A DNA stretch of 64,000 nt, from the NCBI GenBank assembly GCA_913060875.1, contig CAJXSL010000021.1, forward strand, positions 15,017-79,016, given 5' to 3'. The notes beneath the pieces are model-generated. The model had not been told where the DNA came from. It saw only the letters and a program-made list of their open reading frames with translations, and ran no database searches. The position numbers were made by a program, and so were the translations under genes. Source of the DNA: an uncultured Desulfobacteraceae bacterium (lineage in GTDB: Bacteria; Desulfobacterota; Desulfobacteria; Desulfobacterales; UBA5852). Numbering within the stretch: position 1 is the stretch's first letter; each line of letters opens with the position of its first letter. Positions 1 through 8,130 of this stretch are shown piece by piece.

Positions 1-269
1 TCAACTTATCTTTAGGCTCGGCCGCCGACTATGAACTCATGCTGCGATTCTTATACAAGCACTGCATCCCGGCTCAATACATCCCCGAAGTGCTGGTAAA
101 AATGCGCTCCGGGGGTGTCAGCAACCATTCGCTGCGCAACAGGATCAAAGCCCACCGAATGGATTACAGAGCGTGGGAAGTAAATGGTTTGCAACCTTAC
201 CCATGGACCCTGTTGATGAAACCCCTTCGCAAGTTACCGCAATTTTTCCATATCCCCACTTCATACTGA
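1..269 (+). CDS. glycosyltransferase family 2 protein, C-terminal part (5' end outside window)
   Basis: Frame 3 is open from the window edge (..SAADYELMLRFLYKHCIPAQYIPEVLVKMRSGGVSN..) to the stop at 267-269. This stretch resembles the usual C-terminal region of GT2 enzymes. It sits next to an exosortase locus. Confidence 0.5.
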   Translation, partial: NLSLGSAADYELMLRFLYKHCIPAQYIPEVLVKMRSGGVSNHSLRNRIKAHRMDYRAWEVNGLQPYPWTLLMKPLRKLPQFFHIPTSY

Positions 270-536
270 GCGTCCGACAATCGGCCCCATCCTCCGGGCC
301 AACCAATTTCACTTTTATGACACTTCTCACAAAGCCCACGGCGGGAACATCCCGGGAAGGCATTCTTTCTTCCTACCGTCGGGCACTTTCCCATTAACGA
401 AGCGACACCGCCGGTCCGCCCATGTTGGACGGCAAGGCAGCCCAAAGAATATGGCAGGCCATTCTCCAACAATACGCCACCCTATCTTCATAGACGTGCA
501 ACCCGATCCTGAAACCGAACTTAAATCCTGAAGTCG

Positions 537-2189
537 ATGGAGCCTCTGGTGCTAAAAGACATCAACCTAAAAACCGAAAGCCTTATCAAAGGCACAATTT
601 ACAGCGGCCTGCTCATTGCCGTTTACTTTACCTCCCACCAGGTAATGTTCAAGTGGTGGCAGCGTGAGGACTACAACTACTGCTACCTGATCCCCTTTGT
701 GATCCTCTATCTCATCTGGGAAAAAAAGGATGCGTTGATAGCAACCCCGGCCCGACCGGGCTGGATGGGCCTTCTGCCCCTTGTTTTCGGGCTGGCTCTT
801 TTCTGGCTGGGGGAACTAGGGGGGGAATTCTACACCATGTACATTTCCTCCTGGTTCGTGCTGTTAGGTTTGCTCTGGCTGCATCTGGGATGGCGCAAAC
901 TGAGGGTCATCCTGTTTCCCATCGCTTTCATCCTGACTATGTTCCCGCCGCCGAACCTGATCTATTTCAACCTGTCCCTGAGGCTGAAACTCATTTCCTC
1001 ATGGTTGGGGGTATGGGTGCTCCAGTCCCTGGGCAAAACCGCCTATCGGGAGGGCAATATCATCGACCTGGGCTTCACCCAACTCCAGGTGGTGGACGCC
1101 TGCAACGGGTTGCGCTACCTCTTTCCCCTGATCGTACTGGCCATTTTAGTGGCCTATTTTGCCAGGGCGGCCTGGTGGAAAAAAGTGCTGGTGGTTCTTT
1201 CATCGATTCCCATTTCGATTTTCGTCAACGGCCTTCGCATCGCCTCGGTCGGATTGCTTTACCCGATCTGGGGCCCCCAGGTGGCCGAGGGTTTTTTCCA
1301 CGATTTCTCGGGCTGGGTTATCTTTATGATCTCTTTGGGTATTCTCCTGGGCGAACTGTGGATACTGAATTGGATATTCAAAGAGAAACAGGAGACATGG
1401 GCCAGGAGTCAGAAGTCAGAAGGTAAAAACAAGGAAAATGAGCGCATAGCTCAAAGCTCAAAGCAACTGCCTGCGGCAGAGCGCCAAGCTCAAAGCGTCA
1501 AGCTCAAAGCAACTTCAGAAAAGCAGAAAAAAGAAACCATAAAGATTTTTCAGCCTCAGTTTATTGTGGCGATTATGCTTTTGGGTGTGACGGCGGTTAT
1601 TGGCCAGACGGTTAATTTTCGCGAGGAAGTGCCCATCGCGAAATCTTTCGGTGACTTTCCCACACGTATCGGGGCCTGGGAGGGAAAACTCCAGACAATG
1701 GATCAGAAGTTCATCGATGGCCTTAATTTTTCAGACTACATTATCGTGAACTATCGCAATGATTCCAACCAGCCCGTCAATTTTTACACGGCTTACTATG
1801 AAAGCCAGCGCAAGGGCGAATCCATCCATTCCCCATCCAGTTGTCTGCCGGGCAGTGGATGGGAGTTTAACCAGGCGGGAAAAGTCCATATATCCTTATC
1901 TCAGTCCCGTCGACAATCGCTGCCGGTCAACAGAGCCGTCATGACCAATGTCGGCCAGCGCCAGCTGTCCTATTTCTGGTTTCCCATGCGGGGTCGGGTG
2001 GCCACCAACATGTGGGAAATGAAATTGTTCAACTTCTGGGATGCCCTCACCCAGCAACGCACGGACGGCGCTTTGGTGCGCCTGATCACCCCCATCGGCA
2101 AGAACGAAAAAGTCGATGATGCCGATGCCCGCCTCCAGGCCTTCACCCGCGAACTGTTTCCGGTACTCGATCAATTTCTCCCTCAGTGA
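537..2189 (+). CDS. exosortase (EpsH-type) fused to an EpsI-family domain
   Basis: 550-aa ORF. The N-terminal multi-pass membrane domain carries exosortase catalytic-type motifs (VDACNGLRYLFPL, FVNGLRIASV, FHDFSGW). After a low-complexity linker and one TM helix, the C-terminal domain has the EpsI-like motif SIHSPSSCLPGSGWE. Confidence 0.85.
   Translation: MEPLVLKDINLKTESLIKGTIYSGLLIAVYFTSHQVMFKWWQREDYNYCYLIPFVILYLIWEKKDALIATPARPGWMGLLPLVFGLALFWLGELGGEFYTMYISSWFVLLGLLWLHLGWRKLRVILFPIAFILTMFPPPNLIYFNLSLRLKLISSWLGVWVLQSLGKTAYREGNIIDLGFTQLQVVDACNGLRYLFPLIVLAILVAYFARAAWWKKVLVVLSSIPISIFVNGLRIASVGLLYPIWGPQVAEGFFHDFSGWVIFMISLGILLGELWILNWIFKEKQETWARSQKSEGKNKENERIAQSSKQLPAAERQAQSVKLKATSEKQKKETIKIFQPQFIVAIMLLGVTAVIGQTVNFREEVPIAKSFGDFPTRIGAWEGKLQTMDQKFIDGLNFSDYIIVNYRNDSNQPVNFYTAYYESQRKGESIHSPSSCLPGSGWEFNQAGKVHISLSQSRRQSLPVNRAVMTNVGQRQLSYFWFPMRGRVATNMWEMKLFNFWDALTQQRTDGALVRLITPIGKNEKVDDADARLQAFTRELFPVLDQFLPQ
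1448..1510 (+). repeat. CAAAGCT-family repeat segment embedded in frame in the exosortase-EpsI linker
   Basis: The segment agctcaaagctcaaagcaactgcctgcggcagagcgccaagctcaaagcgtcaagctcaaagc has the same units and the same CTGCC-GCG-GCAG mini-palindrome as the intergenic arrays. It is followed by aaaagcagaaaa, as at 14819-14830. It translates as ..AQSSKQLPAAERQAQSVKLKA.. Confidence 0.8.
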
Positions 2190-2858
2190 TTCCCGCAGGG
2201 AATCGGTTAATTGGGGAATTGGGTAACTGGGGGATTCGTTGATTGGTCAATTGGTTATTGCCGATTTCAGTAATTGAGAAACTAGGGGGCTGAGAAACTC
2301 CCTTAACTGCAGAAACTGGGGAAATAGGTAATTGGTCAACTGGGAGATTCTTTGAATCGTTTTAAGAAGAAAACCGGTTCAACAAAGGATTTTAGAGATC
2401 TTGAAGCTTATCAGCGTGCTGTTATTGTTCGTCAGGATATATGGGCGTTTTGTAAAAATCTTCCAACCGATGAGAAGTACCGATTGGTCGATCAGATGGT
2501 TAGGGCGTCTCGGTCGGCTACAGCTTGTATTGCCGAGGGGTATGGCCGATACCATTATTAGGAAACAATTCAATTTTGCAGACAAGCACGCGGTTCTCTT
2601 TACGAACTCCTGGACCATATCGAAACAGCCCTGGAATGTAAATCTATCAAGGAAGAACAGGCTGAAGTGTCTTTGGATAAAGTCAGCACGACCATCAAAA
2701 TACTTAACGGCTATATCGGCTACCTGCGGAAGCGAAAAGAAGACAACTCCTGAAATATCGTGCTATCGGTACTATTGATCCCATTGACTAACGATAAATT
2801 GGACTGTTTAGCCGATTACCCAATCGACGATTCGACTATTTACCCAATCAACTAATCC
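2190..2858 (+). repeat. IVS-like inverted-array element, octamer-arm subfamily (arms about 2207-2345 and about 2780-2855 around ORF 2352-2753)
   Basis: The left arm has about 8-nt periodicity: taattggg gaattggg taactggg .. tgattggt caattggt .. gtaattgg tcaactgg. The right arm carries the reverse-complement units: cccattga .. cccaatcg .. cccaatca. The small palindrome attccc-gca-gggaat at 2189-2203 abuts the xrt stop codon. Confidence 0.65.
2352..2753 (+). pseudogene. four-helix-bundle protein (23S rRNA-IVS protein family) interrupted by an in-frame TAG at 2559-2561
   Basis: 69 codons (..RLVDQMVRASRSATACIAEGYGRYHY) run into TAG. The same frame continues as ETIQFCRQARGSLYELLDHIETALECK..GYIGYLRKRKEDNS to TGA at 2751-2753. 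Both halves together give a full-length family member. Confidence 0.75.
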
Positions 2859-4496
2859 ATGATCTATCTCTCCACATTACTCTTATCTCTGTTCATCACC
2901 ATCTCGCTGGTGCCGCCGCTCAAGTCCCTGGCGATTCGTTTCCAGGCGGTGGACATACCCAACGAGCGCAAGGTGCATACCCGGCCGATCCCCAAGATCG
3001 GTGGGCTGGCCATGGCCTGCGGGGCCCTGATCCCAATTTTGCTGTGGGCAGCCATGAACGGGTTTGGCCATGCCCTGCTGGCCGGCTCGGCGGTGATCGT
3101 GATATTCGGCTTTCTGGATGATCTTTGGGACCTGCCCTACAAGGCCAAATTCCTGGCCCAACTGGCCGCGGCCCTGATCGTTGTCCAGTTCGGTCAATTG
3201 GAATTATGCTGCCTGGGCAACCTGGCCCCGGAAGGATTTCTGCTGCCCACTGCCCTGGCCCTCCCCCTGACCGTTTTCGTCATCGTGGGGGTGACCAACG
3301 CCATCAATCTGTCCGATGGCCTGGACGGCCTGGCCGGCGGCATCACCCTGATGACCTTTATCTGCATCGGCTACCTGGCCTACCAGGGCGGGCACTTTTT
3401 CACCCTGACCGTCTCTGTGGCTGCCATCGGCGCCATTTTCGGCTTCCTGCGCTTCAATACCTTCCCGGCCGTCATTTTCATGGGGGATACCGGCAGCCAG
3501 CTTCTGGGTTTCCTGGCCATCTGCCTTTCCATCCACATCACCCAGGGCAACCAGCCCCTGAGTCCCCTGCTCCCCCTGATCATCCTGGGATTCCCGATCC
3601 TGGACACCCTTACCGTTATGACCGAACGGATCATGAAAGGGGCCTCCCCGTTCAAGCCGGACAAGAACCATTTCCATCACAAATTGATGCGCCTGGGCCT
3701 CTTCCACACCGAGGCGGTTTTCACCATTTATCTCCTCCAGTCGTTCCTAATTCTGTCGGCCATTGTTTTCCGGTTCTATTCAGAATGGTTTCTACTCTTT
3801 TTCTACGCAATTTTTTCCAGTGTAATTATCAGTACATTTACCATCCTCGATCATCGTCATTGCCAGCTCCCGCGAACTGATTTTATCGACAAGATGATCA
3901 AGGGACGCCTCAAGGTCCTCAAGGAACGCAACATCATCATCAAGGTGAGCTTCCGCTGCGTGGAGTTCGGCATGCCCCTGCTGCTGGCCTCCACCTGCCT
4001 GCTGAGCCGCAACACTCCGGGTTATTTTGCGGTGGTAGCAGGAGGACTCAGCCTTTTGCTGATCGCAATCTTTTTCCTTCGCCGATCCCTGTCCGCCACG
4101 GCCATCCGCATCGGCCTCTACCTGGTCATCCCCTTTCTGGTCTACATCTCCGAAGCCGGGGCGGCCGACTTGCCCCTCAATATCCACCGTTCCTATTCCA
4201 TAGCCTTCGGCGTGATGGTGATGTTCGTGATCCTGACCCTCAAGTTCACCCGCCGCCGCAAGGGGTTCAAGACCACCCCCATGGATTTCCTGGTGCTCTT
4301 CATCGCCCTGGTGGTTCCCAATATCACCGGCACCCAGATCGCCTCCCTCAACATGGGCATGATCGCCGCCAAGATCATCGTCCTGCTCTTCGGCTATGAG
4401 GTGCTGATCGGCGAGTTGCGGGGGGAACTCAAGCGGCAGGTTATTTTCGCTGCTGCCGCCATGGCGATCATTCCGATAAAATTTTTTATTGGATAA
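2859..4496 (+). CDS. MraY/WecA-family (GT4) undecaprenyl-phosphate sugar-1-phosphate transferase with an extended C-terminal membrane domain
   Basis: 545-aa polytopic protein. It carries the motifs NERKVHTRPIPKIGG, VTNAINLSDGLDGLAGG and FMGDTGSQLLGF, typical of the WecA/MraY family. Confidence 0.85.
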   Translation: MIYLSTLLLSLFITISLVPPLKSLAIRFQAVDIPNERKVHTRPIPKIGGLAMACGALIPILLWAAMNGFGHALLAGSAVIVIFGFLDDLWDLPYKAKFLAQLAAALIVVQFGQLELCCLGNLAPEGFLLPTALALPLTVFVIVGVTNAINLSDGLDGLAGGITLMTFICIGYLAYQGGHFFTLTVSVAAIGAIFGFLRFNTFPAVIFMGDTGSQLLGFLAICLSIHITQGNQPLSPLLPLIILGFPILDTLTVMTERIMKGASPFKPDKNHFHHKLMRLGLFHTEAVFTIYLLQSFLILSAIVFRFYSEWFLLFFYAIFSSVIISTFTILDHRHCQLPRTDFIDKMIKGRLKVLKERNIIIKVSFRCVEFGMPLLLASTCLLSRNTPGYFAVVAGGLSLLLIAIFFLRRSLSATAIRIGLYLVIPFLVYISEAGAADLPLNIHRSYSIAFGVMVMFVILTLKFTRRRKGFKTTPMDFLVLFIALVVPNITGTQIASLNMGMIAAKIIVLLFGYEVLIGELRGELKRQVIFAAAAMAIIPIKFFIG

Positions 4497-4860
4497 AACA
4501 TATTCACCACAGAGACACGGTTGGCAAATAAGCCCCAAGCTCAAAGCTCAAAGCTCAAAGCTCAAAGCTCAAAGCTCAAAGCTCAAAGCTCAAAGCTCAA
4601 AGCTCAAAGCTCAAAGAAAAAAAACCGTGCGTAGGAACAGACGTCAAGCAAAAAATTTGATTTATAGAGGAAAAAATAGGAAGTGATGCCTTCGGCAGAG
4701 CTCGAAGCTCAAAGTTGAACCCGCCACCCTGAAAATTCTTTATTCTTTTTTTGTAGTTCCTTGGCGCTTTGAGCTCAGCCTTTAAGCTTGTTTTACCAGC
4801 TTTTCCCCTTTGAGCTTGACCCTTTGTGTTGTTTTTCCCAGGAGCGTTTCGCTCCTTTTC
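4497..4860 (+). repeat. IVS-like CAAAGCT-arm element, ORF-less copy
   Basis: Components: leader tattcaccacagagaca; (CAAAGCT)n at 4536-4616 (about 11-12 units); conserved module at 4617-4680 (ccgtgcgtaggaacagacgtcaagcaaaaaatttgatttatagagg); complementary arm at 4757-4826 (gcgctttgagctcagcctttaagcttg..cctttgagcttgaccctttg); GGAGCG-ttt-CGCTCC hairpin at 4842-4856. Confidence 0.8.
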
Positions 4861-4942
4861 TTATATGAAATCGTCACGTTATTTAATTACCCTATATGGT
4901 TTATTGTAACGATATCCAACCAACCGGGAGGTAAACCACCCC

Positions 4943-7348
4943 ATGCGACGCCGGATACAACTTTTGCTCTGCACCGCTCTCATCCCGCTCATGGTGCTTT
5001 CCTGCAGCGGGCCCGAAGAAAAAAAAGCCAAATTCTTCCAAAAAGGCCAGACCCTTTTTGAGCAGGGCGACTTCACCAAGGCCCGCCTGGAATTCAAGAA
5101 TGCGCTGCAGATCGACCCCGAATATGTCGAAGCCTACTTCATGCTGGGCCGCCTGGAAATGAAAGAAAAAAACTTCAAAAAGGCCTTCGGGTATTTCAGC
5201 AAGACCGTGGAACTCGCCCCGGACTATGACAAAGGACACCTGGAGCTTGGCAAGCTGTTTCTGGCGGCCCGCGCCCTGGACCGGGCCCGTGAGAAGGCCG
5301 ACCTGCTTTTGGCCAAAGATCCGGTCAACAAAGACTACCGCATCCTCCACGCTGCCCTGCTGGTGGCCGAACAAAAATCGGACGCGGCCCAGGAAGCCCT
5401 ACAGGCCCTGCTGGCGGACGGGGTGACCCAACCGGATATCTACTACATGCTGGCCACCAATTATTCCCAAATGAAGCAAGACGCACAGGCCGAGGCCATC
5501 CTGAAGGATGGGATTCAGCAAAACCCGGACTCGACCGCCCTGCACCTTATCCTGGCCCGCTTTTACGCCGGCACCAAACAGCCGGAAAAAGCCATTGGCC
5601 ATGTGGAGCAAGTGATCGCCCTGGAGCCGGACAAAAGCGCCTATAAGCTGACCCTGGCAGGCCTCCAGCGCGATGCCGGCCAGCCTGTGGCCATGGAAAA
5701 AACCCTTCAGGCGCTGCTCCAGGCCGACCCGTCCGATGAGGAAGTCCGTCTGCAGGTGGCCCGCTTCTGGCTCCAGTCCCGCAATCCTGAAAAATGTGAA
5801 CAGGTCCTCCAGGAAGGCCTGGCCACCAACCCGGATAGCTACGACATGCGGCTTTTCCTGGCGGAAGTCTACACCAACACCCAGCGCACCGACCAGGCGG
5901 TCACTGTCCTTCGGGAAGCCCTTGCCATCGGCAAGGATCCGGCCAGCCCGGACAACCTGCGCACGAAAAACAGCCTGGCCAAGGTCTATCTCAAGCGCCA
6001 GGAACCGGAAACCGCCGAACGCCTGGTGGACGAGGTCCTCGCGGAGAGCCCCAAGAACATCGATGCCCAGATGATGAAAGGCAATTTGCGCCTCATGGCC
6101 GGTGACGGTCTGGCAGCCATCACCGCCTTCCGCACGGTCACGGCGGAGAAGCCCGACATGATTCCGGCCCATCTCAGCCTTAGCCAGGCCCACCTGGTGA
6201 ACAAAGAGCCGGCCCTGGCCCTGGACACCCTGCGCCAGGCCGCCACCACCCACCCGAATGCCAAGGAGGTGCGCCTGGCCCTGGCCCGTCTGCATGCCGG
6301 ACGGCAGGAATACGATGCCGCCGAAGCAGAACTCTACAAAATCCTGGCCCAGGACCCTCAGGATCAGAGGGTGCGGGCCAGTCTGGGCGACCTCCAGGCA
6401 GCCCAGGGCAAAAACGATGCGGCCGAGCAGACTTTTATGACCATCCGCGTCCAGGCCCCCAGGATTCCGGCCGGCTACCTGAAACTGGCACAGCTCTACT
6501 GGCGCACGGGCGACAAGGCCAAGGCCGTGGCCACCCTGGAAGACGGCTATTATAAGAACCCCATGTCGGTGCCGCTCTTCACCAACTTGGTACGCATGCA
6601 TCTGGCGGCCCAGAAACAGGACAAAGCCATTGCGCTGTGCCAGGACGCCATCGAGCGGGCACCGGAAAGCGCCTTTCCCTACAATGCCCTGGGCAGCGTG
6701 TTGACCGTCACTAAGGATTATGACGGCGCCCTCGCGGCCTTCAAGCAGGCCATTGAACGCCAGCCCCTGTGGCAGCCTCCCCACAACGGCCTGGCCCGGG
6801 TTTACCTCCTCCAGGGGAAGACCGACGAGGCCATTGCCCGACTGGAAGAAGCTACGGCCACCAACCCAAAAAACCAGGCCGCTTTCCTGACCCTGGCCAA
6901 TCTCTACGAACAGCGAGGGGAAAGCACCAAGGCCATGGAAATCTACAACCAGGCCCTGGAAGCCAACCCCCAAATGTGGGCGGCGGCCAACAACCTGGCC
7001 TTTCTGCTTTCCGAAACCGGCAGCGCTTCGGCCGCGGACCTGGACCGTGCCTCGCTGATGGCCATGAAAGCCTATACGATGCAACCGGAAAATCCAGTGG
7101 TGCTGGATACCATGGGCTGGATTCATTATCGCCGGGGCAACCTCCCCCAGGCCCTGAGCTTTATCGAGCAGGCCGTTGAAAAGAACGACGACAGCCCCAT
7201 CCTCAACTACCACCTGGCGGTGGTACTGCATGAAAGCGGCCGCCCCCTGGAAGCCGAATCCGCCCTCAAGAAAGCCCTGGCCGGCGATGAGGATTTCCAT
7301 GGCCGTGACGCAGCAGATAAACTCATGCAGGAACTTCAGGGGAGTTGA
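4943..7348 (+). CDS. PEP-CTERM-system TPR-repeat lipoprotein (PrsT-like)
   Basis: 801 aa. Lipoprotein signal peptide (..LIPLMVLSCSG). TPR repeats run throughout. RBS gggagg lies upstream. The gene sits inside an exosortase locus. Confidence 0.8.
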   Translation: MRRRIQLLLCTALIPLMVLSCSGPEEKKAKFFQKGQTLFEQGDFTKARLEFKNALQIDPEYVEAYFMLGRLEMKEKNFKKAFGYFSKTVELAPDYDKGHLELGKLFLAARALDRAREKADLLLAKDPVNKDYRILHAALLVAEQKSDAAQEALQALLADGVTQPDIYYMLATNYSQMKQDAQAEAILKDGIQQNPDSTALHLILARFYAGTKQPEKAIGHVEQVIALEPDKSAYKLTLAGLQRDAGQPVAMEKTLQALLQADPSDEEVRLQVARFWLQSRNPEKCEQVLQEGLATNPDSYDMRLFLAEVYTNTQRTDQAVTVLREALAIGKDPASPDNLRTKNSLAKVYLKRQEPETAERLVDEVLAESPKNIDAQMMKGNLRLMAGDGLAAITAFRTVTAEKPDMIPAHLSLSQAHLVNKEPALALDTLRQAATTHPNAKEVRLALARLHAGRQEYDAAEAELYKILAQDPQDQRVRASLGDLQAAQGKNDAAEQTFMTIRVQAPRIPAGYLKLAQLYWRTGDKAKAVATLEDGYYKNPMSVPLFTNLVRMHLAAQKQDKAIALCQDAIERAPESAFPYNALGSVLTVTKDYDGALAAFKQAIERQPLWQPPHNGLARVYLLQGKTDEAIARLEEATATNPKNQAAFLTLANLYEQRGESTKAMEIYNQALEANPQMWAAANNLAFLLSETGSASAADLDRASLMAMKAYTMQPENPVVLDTMGWIHYRRGNLPQALSFIEQAVEKNDDSPILNYHLAVVLHESGRPLEAESALKKALAGDEDFHGRDAADKLMQELQGS

Positions 7349-7354
7349 AAAAAA

Positions 7355-8045
7355 ACGCATATTCACCACAGAGACAGGAGCGCTTTGCGCTCCGTTGAAA
7401 GTTGGAGACAACGGCAAAGCTCAAAGCTCAAAGCTCAAAGCTCAAAGCTCAAAGCTCAAAGCTCAAAGCTCAAAGCTCAAACAAAAAACAGTGCGTAGCA
7501 ACAAACGTCAAGTAAAAATTTTACTTATGAGAGGTAAAAAATAGATTCACGGATCAATAACAAAATGTTTGGATATGAAGAGTTGAAAGTCTGGGATCGA
7601 GCGGTGTCATTTGCCGTAATGGTTATCGAGGCATCGGAGAGCATTGACACCGGCCGGCAGCATTATCGCCTGATAGAACAAATCGAAGCTTCTTCGACCA
7701 GTATTGCGATGAACATAGCCGAAGGTAAAGGTCGATTTTCCAAAAAAGAATTCAAACATTTTTGCTACATTGCCAGGGGCAGTCTGTACGAAACCGCAAC
7801 TCTGCTGGAAATTTTCCACCGTAAAGCCTGGATACCCACGAATACCTATAATGAACTGAAATCCGAAGCCATAGAGATCGCCGCCATGATCAAAGGGCTT
7901 ATCAATTCTCTTCAAACGGAATAAGCTTGTTTGTTTTCCTTTGCGCTTTCATCTTTGAGCTTCTTTTATCGCAGTTCCTTTCAGCTTTGAGCTTTCAGCT
8001 TCGAGCTCTGCTGGAGGCAGCACTTTCAGCTTGACCCTTTTTTTC
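7355..8045 (+). repeat. IVS-like CAAAGCT-arm element, full-length copy with an intact ORF
   Basis: Components: leader tattcaccacagagaca plus GGAGCG-cttt-GCGCTCC hairpin; (CAAAGCT)n at 7415-7480; conserved module at 7482-7540; ORF at 7565-7924; complementary degenerate array at 7937-8040 (ctttgagctt..cctttcagctttgagctttcagcttcgagc..). Confidence 0.8.
7565..7924 (+). CDS. four-helix-bundle protein (23S rRNA intervening-sequence protein family)
   Basis: 119-aa intact ORF MFGYEELKVWDRAVSF..IEQIEASSTSIAMNIAEGKGRFSKKEFKHFCYIARGSLYET..IKGLINSLQTE. This is the family signature. It has close paralogs at 13529-13888 and 26015-26381. Confidence 0.85.
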   Translation: MFGYEELKVWDRAVSFAVMVIEASESIDTGRQHYRLIEQIEASSTSIAMNIAEGKGRFSKKEFKHFCYIARGSLYETATLLEIFHRKAWIPTNTYNELKSEAIEIAAMIKGLINSLQTE

Positions 8046-8130
8046 GATAGTTCCTTGAAACCCAATATAATTAGTGATAATTATTGATAATAAGACCATT
8101 TCTCCAACGGAATCATACCAGAAACTGACA

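Noticed and set aside
4536-4616. Could the tandem arrays be CRISPR arrays?
   Set aside because: The unit is 7 nt with no spacers, and no cas genes are in the window. These are simple tandem repeats arranged as inverted arms.
4489-4686. ORFs translating as ..KAQSSKLKAQSSKLKAQSS.. (4489-4686, 7176-7544, 15908-16156, 18355-18570; also antisense versions such as 10350-10544 and 18589-18879)
   Set aside because: They are read straight through the 7-nt tandem arrays, which gives a 21-nt (7-aa) periodicity. They have no RBS, and their content changes with array length between copies. They are translation artefacts of the repeat.
5399-7417. Very long antisense or alternate-frame ORFs (5399-7417 minus strand, 672 aa; 10596-12155 minus strand, 519 aa; 9252-10187 minus; 37139-38128 minus; 39994-41124 minus; 3125-3880 plus; and others)
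   Set aside because: Each lies entirely within a well-supported gene on the other strand or frame. Each has Gly/Arg/Pro/Ala-rich, low-complexity composition typical of stop-poor shadow frames in GC-rich DNA.
7355-8045. Could these be true 23S rRNA intervening sequences, or part of a diversity-generating retroelement (Avd-like protein)?
   Set aside because: No rRNA sequence flanks any copy; all lie between protein-coding genes. No reverse transcriptase and no template/variable repeat pair is visible in the window. Only the architecture and protein family resemble IVS/Avd.
8074-8130. Upstream extension of the export-protein gene (GTG 8074, MIIIDNKTISPTESYQKLT..)
   Set aside because: The extension lies in AT-rich sequence just after the element arm and precedes the signal-like segment by more than 60 residues. 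ATG 8131 or 8161 is more plausible, but the choice cannot be settled from sequence alone.
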